A stretch of DNA of 64,000 bases, taken from NCBI GenBank assembly GCA_963837175.1, contig CAWIMJ010000046.1, positions 73,034 to 137,033 of the forward strand. Direction: 5' to 3'. A program made the translations under genes and the position numbers. Below are positions 10,931-21,766 of the stretch, piece by piece (within the stretch, counting starts at the first letter, position 1; every line of letters begins with the position of its first letter). Source of the stretch: an uncultured Nitrososphaeraceae archaeon (GTDB taxonomy: Archaea; Thermoproteota; Nitrososphaeria; Nitrososphaerales; Nitrososphaeraceae). The notes beneath the pieces were generated by a model, which did no database searches, was not told the origin of the DNA, and was given only the letters and a program-made list of their open reading frames with translations.

Positions 10931-11248
10931 ATGCAATATCATAAAGCCGCTTTTCTTGGGCAGGAGAGATCAAGAAAAGCTCAGATGAAGCTATTCGATT
11001 ATACTGGATTTGCAATGCTGACTTATACTATAAAGCAGGATAAGAAAGGATTTGAACCTGTTGGTGAAGAAATGTTAGTTGGTAAAATTACTATGGCTGA
11101 CGAGGCGATGCTATTTATCTGCGATAAAGATGGATATGCAAAGGCACAATCAAAACCTATAACAATACAACAAGGCGAGGAAATTTACCAAAAAATGATA
11201 AAAGATGGATTTTTAGAATTTATAGGCTCTATCAAGACTGTTTCTTGA
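10931..11248 (+). CDS. Hypothetical protein
   Basis: Clean ATG-started 105 aa ORF with typical protein composition; convergent with and overlapping the end of pyrH. Confidence 0.7.
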   Translation: MQYHKAAFLGQERSRKAQMKLFDYTGFAMLTYTIKQDKKGFEPVGEEMLVGKITMADEAMLFICDKDGYAKAQSKPITIQQGEEIYQKMIKDGFLEFIGSIKTVS

Positions 11249-11948
11249 CCATTACGATCTCGGTACCGACATGATGTGTACCAATGATCGCGTTCTTAAT
11301 ATTAGTTATGTCTGACCGTAAGACTCTAGTAGGTATTTTTGAACGTTCTATAACTTTTAATGCCACAATATCCATAAGATCATATGTCCCTGCCATTGAG
11401 CTTCCATTCTTAAGAATTTCCATACATTCACTTACTGTAATTTCATTTAATAATTTTGCATTCCTGCTGATATTCGGATCTAAGTCATAAATACCATCAA
11501 CATCAGTAGCATTTAGGAATTTTGAGGCCCTTACTTTTTCCGCTATTAATGCTGAGGTAGCGTTAGTACTTTGACCTGGATGTAAACCACCCACAATTAC
11601 TATTTTACCACTTTCTGCTGCTATTGTCACTTCTTCGAGATTTTTTGGAACTTGGGAATACGCCTGTTCTCCAAGAGCTACTATCAATAATTTTGCATTC
11701 AACCTTGACACTTCGATTCCCATAATATCTAAACTCGCTTCATCGGAGCCAAGATAACGTGCAAGATTGATATAATGACGTGCAATCTTGCCTCCGCCGG
11801 CAATAACTATTGGTTGTACATCAATGCTAATGTCAGTGAGCATTTCAGCATATCTTTTAATAGTACCTTCGTTTCTTTCTTCGCTAAATATGCTACCACT
11901 TAATTTGATGGCTACCCTTTTTCTGATTATTCTATTACTGTTGTTCAT
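11232..11948 (-). CDS. pyrH: UMP kinase
   Basis: VAIKLSGS, AGGGKIARHY, GGLHPGQSTNATSA, NATDVDGIYD, AGTYDLMD. Confidence 0.95.
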   Translation of the reverse strand: MNNSNRIIRKRVAIKLSGSIFSEERNEGTIKRYAEMLTDISIDVQPIVIAGGGKIARHYINLARYLGSDEASLDIMGIEVSRLNAKLLIVALGEQAYSQVPKNLEEVTIAAESGKIVIVGGLHPGQSTNATSALIAEKVRASKFLNATDVDGIYDLDPNISRNAKLLNEITVSECMEILKNGSSMAGTYDLMDIVALKVIERSKIPTRVLRSDITNIKNAIIGTHHVGTEIVMVKKQS

Positions 11949-13198
11949 ATGCTTCTCTCCGATAATTCTTCACCAAGAACCTTTCTAGTAGAGCATTCTA
12001 CTACATTTCTATTTTCAGCAGTAGTGTATACTCTTAACATATCAAGAAAACCAGTTATAGAATCAATAAGTGGAATTTCAGAGATAGGGGTCTCGTAAGC
12101 CCGTTCTTTATCAACAAGAAATACTGATCTTATCTCTTTCTTTGTAGGAGTTAGCGGCATTGATGGCGCTCTTGAAGCATCAACAAAAACAGAACTCTCA
12201 TCTACTTCTGCAACATCAGCTATCTGTTTGCCAAGATCATGTAGCGCTTGTCTATTCATTTTTCTATATAATTTATCGCGTTTATGTAAAAATTTTTCGT
12301 AAACACATTTTAATAGTTTTCTAGATCTATAATCTATTGCTAATTTGACTGCTATTTTATTGCCATTTTGAAATGAGCAAATGCGTTCAAGAGTTGCTTC
12401 ATCTGTTAGATCAAGGTAATTTTTCAAAGAGGTATCCGTTAAACCCATCTCTTTGTCAGCTAGTATCATAGAATGTAATAACATAACTTCTGCAGATCTT
12501 ACTGTTTTATGAAAATAGACCGCCTTGAACATTTCATATCTAGAAATCAACATAGATTCAAATGAATATAGCGCGGATCTGTTAATAGCTAAATGTCCAT
12601 TAGACACTATCTCAAAGGAACTTATCAGCCGGTGATAATCAATCTTACCATACTCTACTCCTGTAAAGAGTCCATCTCTAGACAAATAATCCATGCTATC
12701 CGCAGATAGTCCGCCAGCAATTATCTCATTGAAAAATTTTACATTAGATTCACCAAATGATAACTTGCATATACCTGATGAATTGTAACCGTATTTTCTT
12801 ACAATGTCACTAACCTCACTATGAGATATTATCTTCCTTCCCATATCTTCATGGCTTCTCTTGCATCTTGCCTCCAATACCTCCTCAAATAGATGGGAAA
12901 ACGGTCCATGACCTATGTCATGAAGCAATGCTGCCAATCGTAACTCCTGAACTAGGTCTTCATTTTCAAGATATCCTTTGGTAAGAAGAGTTTCTCCTGC
13001 ATAGCCCGCTACATGCATAGTGCCAAGCGAATGCTCGAATCTAGAATGTTGTGCACTAGGATAAACTAAATGTGCTCCAGCAAGTTGTCTGATTCTTCTC
13101 AAACGCTGAAAAACTGGCGTATCAATAAGTTCTCTCTCCACATCAGAAAATCTGATATAATGATGGACTGGATCGGTAATTTCACCGGTAAACTTCAT
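11945..13198 (-). CDS. HD-domain phosphohydrolase (SAMHD1/YwfO-like dNTPase family)
   Basis: ITDPVH, FQRLRRIRQL, VYPSAQHSRFEHSLG, LLHDIGHGPFSHLFE, ADSMDYLSRD, VYFHKT. Confidence 0.92.
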   Translation of the reverse strand: MKFTGEITDPVHHYIRFSDVERELIDTPVFQRLRRIRQLAGAHLVYPSAQHSRFEHSLGTMHVAGYAGETLLTKGYLENEDLVQELRLAALLHDIGHGPFSHLFEEVLEARCKRSHEDMGRKIISHSEVSDIVRKYGYNSSGICKLSFGESNVKFFNEIIAGGLSADSMDYLSRDGLFTGVEYGKIDYHRLISSFEIVSNGHLAINRSALYSFESMLISRYEMFKAVYFHKTVRSAEVMLLHSMILADKEMGLTDTSLKNYLDLTDEATLERICSFQNGNKIAVKLAIDYRSRKLLKCVYEKFLHKRDKLYRKMNRQALHDLGKQIADVAEVDESSVFVDASRAPSMPLTPTKKEIRSVFLVDKERAYETPISEIPLIDSITGFLDMLRVYTTAENRNVVECSTRKVLGEELSERSI

Positions 13199-13232
13199 AA
13201 TTATGGATGGTCATTGTATGTGATAGCAGAAA

Positions 13233-13841
13233 TTAAACTTTAAGATTTTTTCTAACAATTGTCATTATATCTTCATGAACTTGATCTTTACTTTTTTCAC
13301 CATTAATTATCTTCCATTTATATTGTCTTGCAAGTTTGCGATAGTTTTTATGAACATCTGTCAGCAATTTCTGATCTTTTTCAAATACATCACGGTTCTC
13401 TACTGCTCGTTGATAAGAAGTCTTAGGACTAACTTCAATGACTATAACTATATCTCCTTTTGGTAGACCCTTGTCTAAGTTGATGAGCCAGTTAATATTA
13501 AGACCATTTGCAATACCATAAACAAGATTTGATTGATAATATCTATTCATTATTAAGATGGTGCCATTGTCTATCATACTTTCTATTTCCTTCTTCTTCT
13601 CCCACCTATTAGCAGAAAGAAGAAGATGTTTTAGTTCATCAGGATAATCGCGTTTGCCATCTAAAAAAGCTTGGATCTCTGCTCCAATAGGTGTGGTATA
13701 ATCAGGAAAATCCAACATTACACAAATTCTTCCAGAAAGTTTGAGAGTATCTAAAAGCAGTCTGGACTGTGTTCCTTTGCCAGCTTTGTCTGTTCCCTCT
13801 ATTACTATAATCTTGCCTTTTTCCAATGCATTGAAATGCAA
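13233..13841 (-). CDS. tmk: Thymidylate kinase
   Basis: P-loop IEGTDKAGKGTQ, FPDYTTPIG, LLSANRWE, NRYYQSNLVYG. Confidence 0.93.
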   Translation of the reverse strand: MHFNALEKGKIIVIEGTDKAGKGTQSRLLLDTLKLSGRICVMLDFPDYTTPIGAEIQAFLDGKRDYPDELKHLLLSANRWEKKKEIESMIDNGTILIMNRYYQSNLVYGIANGLNINWLINLDKGLPKGDIVIVIEVSPKTSYQRAVENRDVFEKDQKLLTDVHKNYRKLARQYKWKIINGEKSKDQVHEDIMTIVRKNLKV

Positions 13842-14981
13842 ATCAAGAATAATAAAAAGATGTTGGGAGAATTTTTATATTTCAAAACAATTCAAAGATT
13901 AATATTTATTAAATCATAATAATAAATTTTAATAATGATTACTAAACTAGTAAATATTAATTCATAAATAGTTATCTGTATTTATAAGCACTTGTAATAA
14001 CTTTTCTATTGTCCACTCTCAATACATATTCTACCATCACAAGAAATTTTACAATCGTTTCTATCATAATCTATTTCGCAATTAATATGACATATACAAA
14101 TGAAGGTAAATAATGAAATTATTTTGTTAGTATAAACATTGTACATGAGATGAGATCTAACTACAGCATTATTAATTTTATCCTTATTATATACTACAAC
14201 TTATAGGACCAACTTTAAAATAGTGGCATCTCGGCATTTCATCTATAACATTTGACTCATGATAGCTTAAAATCAGGAACCAAAATCGTTTACATTTTTT
14301 TGTGCTCTTGTCAATTACCATAACAAATATTCAGCTATATATGCTACAAATATGATAGATTATACGATATGAGAATTTATAAAATACCAAAAAAACAATT
14401 AGGAATTTCGATGCCATTAATATTCTATGTTAATGTCCTTCGACTCACATTATCTTGTTCGACGAAGTGACTTCATCTTTACATGATAGCTCTAAAGCGA
14501 TCAAGCAAAATTACTAAATGCAACGGATCAAAGTCATTCACCTAGAGGTTGCTTGCTTTTTAAGTAGAGTTGAAGGCATTCTTAAGTAAATAGTGGTCAA
14601 GACTAGGCGCTTAATTTACGGAACTTTGAGTTTTAAAAATCTGGAATGTATAAAGCCAAACCACAATTGTAAAGTTACAAGATCTCCCTGATCTCTTGAT
14701 TTTACTTCTTTTTAAAGAAGATTACCTATATAAGTTATACATTAGACAAAATGTTAGTTACGGATGTACTTAAATGCGAAATACCAAATCGTGCGTTAAC
14801 AGTTTGGCACCTAATTCAGTTCGCGAAAATACTGCAATAGATAGCCTGCTTACAAGAGAAGGATCTGAAGCATAAGATTTCTCTTGGAGTAGAGTGTATA
14901 ATTTAATCCATAGATTGCTACTTTTAATTTCTATTGTTTTAATGTTGAAGTGTTGTAAATAATTATATAATTGCTAGATAT

Positions 14982-15173
14982 TTATTTTCGCTTATTTCTA
15001 ATTTCTTGCTTTTCCTTCTTGTAAACAACTCTACAATAGTCATGCAAATGAGTAACATCTTCCATTCTTTCACATTTGCCACATAACCACGAAATATACT
15101 CCTTGCAAAAATTACATACAGAAATAGGAATAAGGAATGTTCCACATGCTCTGCAGGATTCTTTATTAAACAT
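14982..15173 (-). CDS. Small Cys/His-rich zinc-finger protein
   Basis: 63 aa with CRAC, CNFC, CGKC and HLH. Confidence 0.7.
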   Translation of the reverse strand: MFNKESCRACGTFLIPISVCNFCKEYISWLCGKCERMEDVTHLHDYCRVVYKKEKQEIRNKRK

Positions 15174-15428
15174 TTTATACTACTCCATTTTATTTTGATT
15201 TATTGTAATTGATATCTTTGGGAACATAAACATTAATATCAATACATAGATATCTTTCAACACGCAAGTATAAAGTTTTAATCTTTCTTATATAACAAAG
15301 TAACTCACTTATCAGGAAACATACATCCATATATATCCTATAGATAACTTAATTTTTAGATCACTTTATTATAGTCAGAAAATACTCAAATCTCTTTTGA
15401 GTATTTATAAAACTACATCATATGTATT

Positions 15429-15875
15429 GGCTGTGTTAACTTCAGCCATCACCTCCTTGTTGATAATTAACGAAAAAATTAACCAATTTCTGATGTGTTC
15501 TAACATACACTTTGCTTATCTTCTACTACAAGGAAAGTAGTCATGATCAAAGCTTTCAGTTCTATCCTTTTGATGTACTGTATAATTCTTTCAATCATGC
15601 TTTTCTCATCATAAAAGGAGGAATGCAGATGATGAGGATGATGATGAATAATAATAATATGATTCGTATTCAGGAATTTTCATGCTTGAGGATGACACCA
15701 TGTACCACTACCATCATATCTGTAAAGACTGGATGCTTTCTATATTTCTTTACCAGATCTTTATAAATGCCTCAACACTAAGCACAGTTCTCCCACTCAA
15801 CGGAAATATGAATACCTATAGGGTACTTTATCTATTGAATCAATGATGATGTCTATTATCCAGAGCCAAGCATAG
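15429..15875 (-). mobile_element. Degenerate IS6-family transposase relic with putative terminal inverted repeat
   Basis: Minus-strand fragments AWLWI, GIHIS, VEAFIK/LVKKYRKHPVFTD, GTW..PQA, EKSMIERIIQYIK/DRTESFD..YFPC, C.LEHIRNW; end sequence ggctgtgttaactt at 15429-15442. Confidence 0.75.
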
Positions 15876-16725
15876 ATATTGATTGCTTACTCCTAATAAT
15901 GTTTCATCTATATTATAAATTCAGAAGATATTTTCCTTCTCTTTTGAAAAAATCTTCCTCGGATTTACCGTTGAATCTCATTTCTTCCATATCAATACAT
16001 GATTCTTCTTTTGATAAATTGATAAATTGTGATTAACTGCTGATGTGATGATGCTTTTCGTCTAATCGAAGGACATGAAAAATATAATCGTAATGCGTAT
16101 ATCATATGTATTTTTGGAGGAAGGTGATTTGTCTCTTTTATTATTATTAAGAGTAAGAGATGTAAGACATTGCATCTAGGCTTAATGCTAAGTAAAAAGA
16201 GCCGATAAAGTTTAGAAAATCATATGAGCTGAGATATTTTAGTTATGCTGTATAACAGTGCCGTAAACGTTTACAAATCACTTGTAAACGCACTTGTAAA
16301 CTACGCTGTTTTAGTCCGATCGCAATATCAAGTTATCATACAGAGTAGTTTGTAAACTATGTATGTCAGAAAATATTACTAAGGATAGGAATCAATTTCA
16401 AAATATTTGAATTCAAAGTGACATATCCATATCATGTAACAATGTTTTCAAAGATAAAGAGATTATTTTATAATAAGATTGCAATAATATATGATACAAG
16501 CAGGAGATAACAAGCAAGAATATATGTGTGTTATGTACTAGATGTTCTTGCAGAATGAATTGCTTATCCAATTTTGGTTAAAAGAAGAAAATTAACAATT
16601 AATACTATAAGTCAAGCATTATAAATGTAATATTTTTCAAAAAGTTTTAATTATGATATCCTTAGACTTATTTACATACATATATTCGTAGGACTACATT
16701 AAGGTGCTTAATGTGATAACATACT

Positions 16726-16875
16726 TTAACCACCTCCTCCTCCTTTTCCACCGCCTGTTGATTCTACATCAAGGGATTCTAATTCTTCTTTTTCCTCTTC
16801 TTCTTCTTCTTCTTTCTTTAGCTTCATGTCTTTTTTAGTTGGGTTTCGATAATTGTTTTGGTTTTCTGATGACAT
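16726..16875 (-). CDS. 49-aa acidic, probably disordered peptide ending GGGKGGGGG
   Basis: Manual translation MSSENQNNYRNPTKKDMKLKKEEEEEEEKEELESLDVESTGGGKGGGGG*; shorter than any ORF in the supplied track. Confidence 0.45.
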   Translation of the reverse strand: MSSENQNNYRNPTKKDMKLKKEEEEEEEKEELESLDVESTGGGKGGGGG

Positions 16876-17339
16876 TGTAATAATCCATTATATTTTCTTG
16901 AATAATAATTGCTCGGAACCAATAATCCGATCAGTTACATTTACATGCTAAGTGAATATCATAATACATGTTTAGAACTAGTTTTATTGTCCTTAATATT
17001 GTTTAAAGTTTGACATTTTGGATGAATCTACTGATCCTTCCAGTTAGTTTTATTTAGTATTTTATTTTGCTCAGCTCTTTGTAGAAGTAGTTGATGATGT
17101 AGTAGACTTTGATGATGATCTTGTCATATCTGACGAAACGTTACTAGAAAGCCCGGGTATATTTGATATCCTTTTACCCTCATCAGTAGAAGTAGCTGCG
17201 AATTTAATTCATTAGTTCTTACTATATATTCTTCCCTCTGTCTATCACCTGTTTCATACCGAAGAATTAATTCTCCTTCAACTGGACTCCTATTCTACAA
17301 TTTCAGTATTAAAGGAGCAAATCCTGTGGCTACTAATTC

Positions 17340-18686
17340 TAAAATGATATTACCAATTCTTCACTATAAAATAATGATGGCGATTGTTCAGAATCTCGAT
17401 TAATCTTCATTCCATCTTTATCATCTATCTTGATTGAGTCGAGTTTTAAATGGGAAGTATTCGATTTTGGATTTAAAAGGCTATTCATTTTATCTGTTAG
17501 TAATTTACCAAGGAGCAGAATTTTAGGTATATCAGTAACTTGGAGAAATTCTTTTTGGAATAGATTTAGCCTGCGGATTTCCTTATCCTGTATATAATCA
17601 ATTCCTAGGCACGTTTCCTTCAGATATCAACCTCTTATAAAAATCAGCATTTGCCGCGACATCAACGTTAGCATCATAATTATTCTGATTCCAATCAGTC
17701 AAATCATATTCGACCTTCAGGACTTTGTCATCTAGTTTTGAAGCATCATCAGCAAATATCAAAGAAAGTGTCTTGCCACTTATTAATTTTGAATAAGCAA
17801 TAATCATCGACAGAAACGAATTCTGGTTCTTTTTCCACAGGAGACAGAGCATCATCACCACCAGACACAAATCGAAATGACCTCTTCAATTTTTCAGATA
17901 TTGTAGTTTTAAAGCCAACAGGTATTATTGTATCTTCTATACCAAGATCAGAAACTTTTCTTTTATGATTCCAAAATTCTACAGAAGAATCATCAATTAT
18001 AAATGAATAGGAAAGATAGGGGTCACGATCATCAATAGCAGTACCAGAAAACTTTACTGCATTTTCAATCTGCAGTAGTATATTATTCGTGCAGGAAATT
18101 CTATGAGTTATCATCAGTCTGATCAAGAGAGACTTCTACAATATTCAATATATTTGATGTTAATGTGAATGGCATATTGAAATAATCTTTTGATAACTAG
18201 GATTGCAAAAGTATAGCAGCATTCTTATAGGAATCTGTTATTTTTGACTGAATATACTTCTTGTATTCTTCTGAATGTTTGGCATATTCTTTCGCACTAT
18301 CCGTCAACTGATGGATCAATGCATTTTTTATTTGAAAAAATAAGTCGGTACCCGTTGGTGTAGGAAATAATGGATTTATTATATCTTCATGATAATTCTT
18401 GTGAAAAGCATCCATTGATGTGTCGGTATAATTTTAAATTGTTTGATTTTTGCAATCATTTCGTTTTCTAATAATTCAGCATTATGCAATACAAAAAGTA
18501 ATTTTTCAACATTCATGTGTATCTGAATAGTATTACTTGAAATAGAAACAAAATCCTTTAACATATTAATAAATTCTTATCCTCGTCAAATACAGTATAA
18601 TCACCAAACAGGTATCTTCCACCTTTTTTTAAGGTATAATCGTTGTCATCCGTAATATAGATATTATCACGATCTCTTTTAGTCAT
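17340..18686 (-). pseudogene. Fragmented gene of unknown family (~440 aa if joined)
   Basis: Four consecutive same-strand ORF pieces (18379-18564, 18197-18415, 17749-18126, 17598-17870), mostly overlapping, plus flanking open frames with protein-like composition. Confidence 0.5.
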
Positions 18687-19050
18687 TATAGTTTATTGAT
18701 TAGTGTATGTGATTTAAAGTATCTGATTTATGCGCCTATTAAAAAACTCAGATGATGTATTCGGAATTAACTTTGTATATCAACATATAATAAATTTTTC
18801 TTAGTAGGCGCACCTACAGGCTTTTCAATTTCATTATTTGGTGTTCTCACTTTCTTATTTTCTAGGGATCAATAACATAATTACTTTCCAGTAGCCTACA
18901 TAGAGAACCAGTCCCTCTGAAGATTTGTACCAGGGACTCTAACGCAGCAAACAAACCTGCTTTCAATTAGCAGTAAATTTAGACATCTGTAGAGATTAGC
19001 ATTAGAATAACTTCTTAAACACACAGATATATAACTATGATTAGTAGTAT

Positions 19051-19467
19051 ATGAGCATAAATTATGAGTTTCTGTATGCATTCAGTAAAGAACTTTTGAA
19101 GTTGGACAAAACTATCACATGGATTGGCATAGCAAACAATTTTGGTGTCCTTCTTAATGTAGAACATAGGGAAGAATTATTACCACTTTTGACTGAAGAA
19201 GAAAATGAAGAATATGTCTCAAGTACCATAACGAGACATAAAACTAGGATAAAGTTTGAATCAAGAATAGGGAAGCTTATTTATGCATTAGGTAAATATC
19301 AAAAACTTAACAGAGTTACAATCCCAATAAATGAAAATTATTACCTGCTTATAGCACTGGATACAGAAGTAAAAGATTTTGATAACACAATAATGGAAAA
19401 AATAATTCCACTTATAAAAAAAGAAAAACACAATTTTGGTAATTCTAATGCAATTGAACATAAGTAG
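19051..19467 (+). CDS. Thaumarchaeal DUF6659-like (roadblock/profilin-like) protein
   Basis: Pattern L.LD..I.W.GIAN..G.LL....RE.L.PLLT.EE....R....IGK..Y....Y.KL.R.TIP typical of this expanded family (from memory). Confidence 0.7.
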   Translation: MSINYEFLYAFSKELLKLDKTITWIGIANNFGVLLNVEHREELLPLLTEEENEEYVSSTITRHKTRIKFESRIGKLIYALGKYQKLNRVTIPINENYYLLIALDTEVKDFDNTIMEKIIPLIKKEKHNFGNSNAIEHK

Positions 19468-20392
19468 CAGAATAGATTGGCTCTGTCTGGCAATAATCTC
19501 TAGTTCTAAAAGGTTAGTAATTGAAGATTATACTATATACATTTTTTGCTGATATGTATTTGAGGATTGTTATTACAAGGATCGTTTTTCTTCATTGATA
19601 TAGGTTTGTCATCATTCGCCATCTTGTTGAGTTTGTATGAACATATTTTCTAAAAGTCTTTTTATATTTGTATGCATAGATTTTATTCTTGTATTTACTG
19701 TATAACCCACAAAATTGGTAAGGATATTCTACAAAAGAAAAATATGCCAGTTTAACTTTTCTTTTTTTTACTTTGCTTCTCTTTCTGTTGCCCTCATGTT
19801 TGCCAGCTTTTGTTGCTATTGCCTTGAGTCGTCTTCTAGATACATCTATCTACTTTTATAATTGACTCATTTGTGCTTGAATGTTCCAGATTTACCGAAG
19901 CTGTTTATCTACATGTCTAATTGTTTCTGTAAAACTGAAATTATGTTGATCGCCTTTCCAATTTGATCCGTCTGTTTTTTTATATGCGTACTTACATCAA
20001 CTAATGTAATTTCCTTCTTAATAGTTCTTCTCTCTTCATGGTCATCCCATACCTTCTTTCTTTTTTTGTGTCATACAGCCTTTTATATTCATTTTGTCCA
20101 TGCTGATGCTCTTTTTGTCGTGTATAAGTATGAACTTCCATAGATTTTTTAATTGCGTGCTCTTCTATTTCTCGGTATCTATCCTTAATCTGGGACTTTA
20201 AATTCGACGTCTTCCGACACACCTTGAATAAAGAAGTAGAATTAAAATTAGTTATTATTAATTATCTAGAAATGTTATAAGCTATAAGATTACAGATAGT
20301 TAATAACATTATTACCTTATACTAATATTGGACTACAGAAGCTCTACAATATTGTTTAATATACAATATCAAAAAATAGTATAGGAATTTTT

Positions 20393-21739
20393 TCACATTA
20401 TGCCCCTTATGAAGGTTCTATAGATGTATAGAGCATCTTCTTCGTCTTTTGCACCTACTATTGTTGCAGCACCGCTTGTCAGAAAACTTACAGACAATTT
20501 ACTAGAATTGGTACTTTCCGCGGTTATTCCTAGGCTACCCCTAGTTTTAACCTGGTATCCGAGCAATTCTGCATTTTCTATTATTTTCATCAGGTCGATT
20601 GGCAAAGATAGTTCGGATGGAGTAACAGTGTATGTTCTCTTGCCCATATCTCTTCCGCATAACTCTTCTATTAGCAATTGCTGTTGTGCAACTTTTACCG
20701 TATCCATCCTTTTTTTCGATCCACAGGAAGGACACTCTTCATGCCTAAACATTTGAACTTTCTCAAATGAAAGTTCATTCAAGTCCATATAAAGAAGATT
20801 ATTTACAAGCGCAGGTTTTTGGCCTGTAATTATCTTGACTGCCTCTGAGACTTGTATGCCGCCGACCAAATATAATATAGATGGATGTATACCCTCCGTA
20901 CTACACGTAGGCATATCATCCTCCAATAACGCAGGAAACATACATCGCAGGCACGCAGATTTATTTGGCAATATAGTACACACGGAACCTAATGTGCCTA
21001 GGGCACCTGCATAGATAAATGGTATATTATGTTTTATACATGCGTCGTTTAGAGCATATCTGGCATCAATGCTGTCAAGTGCATCTATAACAACATCAAA
21101 TCCTTCTACAAGACTCTCTGCTGTATATTTGGTAACGGAGATTGGAACTGCTTCAATTTCAACTGCAGTATTCATTTTTTTTAATCGTTGTGCAGCTGCT
21201 TCAACCTTGACTTTTCCAATATCGTCTTCTGCATAAAGGTGTTGCCTGTGTAAATTTGAAATTTCAATAACATCTCTATCCACTATTCTTAGTTTACCAA
21301 CTCCCATGGCGGTTAGTTGAGTGACAACAGGATTTCCAATCCCACCAACACCAACAACGCACATTTTTGCATTACGTAGTTTTTCCATTCCAATAAACCC
21401 AATCTCTTCAAGCATTATCTGTCTTGAGTACCGTTGCATATCATTACTTGTCAGCTCTGCTCCACCAGCCACTGCTGGTAGTATGTATATAGAATCACCA
21501 TCAATAAGCGACATCGTCATACCATTGCTATTAAAGCGCATATTTTTGCCATTAATGTAAATGTTGATCAGAGCACGTGGCTTGCCATTAAGATCAAACA
21601 CCTTAAGTTTAAAGTCCTCCCCCATCTGATTGGAAACTTTGTTAAATGCATCTTGCAAATCACTGGATTCTAACAAAATTTTTTTCTCTCCTAAACCTTT
21701 ATTTAATACTGAGGGTATCACGAATTCAACTTTGGCCAT
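20393..21739 (-). CDS. MoaD/ThiS (SAMP-like ubiquitin) domain fused to a ThiF/MoeB E1-like adenylyltransferase with C-terminal extension
   Basis: Beta-grasp domain INIYING...ILPAVAGG (ending near residue 93) followed in frame by RYSRQI, GVGGIG, DRDVIEISNLHRQ, ACLRC, PTCSTEG, CPSC, and a C-terminal ELCGRD domain. Confidence 0.92.
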   Translation of the reverse strand: MAKVEFVIPSVLNKGLGEKKILLESSDLQDAFNKVSNQMGEDFKLKVFDLNGKPRALINIYINGKNMRFNSNGMTMSLIDGDSIYILPAVAGGAELTSNDMQRYSRQIMLEEIGFIGMEKLRNAKMCVVGVGGIGNPVVTQLTAMGVGKLRIVDRDVIEISNLHRQHLYAEDDIGKVKVEAAAQRLKKMNTAVEIEAVPISVTKYTAESLVEGFDVVIDALDSIDARYALNDACIKHNIPFIYAGALGTLGSVCTILPNKSACLRCMFPALLEDDMPTCSTEGIHPSILYLVGGIQVSEAVKIITGQKPALVNNLLYMDLNELSFEKVQMFRHEECPSCGSKKRMDTVKVAQQQLLIEELCGRDMGKRTYTVTPSELSLPIDLMKIIENAELLGYQVKTRGSLGITAESTNSSKLSVSFLTSGAATIVGAKDEEDALYIYRTFIRGIM

Positions 21740-21766
21740 TTCTGTGTTATCACCATTTTTACATGA

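Noticed and set aside
14221-14419. Possible MITE bounded by TAGTGGCATC / GATGCCATTA
   Set aside because: Only a 9/10 match, with no target duplication and no second copy seen.
19600-20260. Lys/Arg-rich ORF fragments (including 20001..20222)
   Set aside because: No start context or family signal that I can support.
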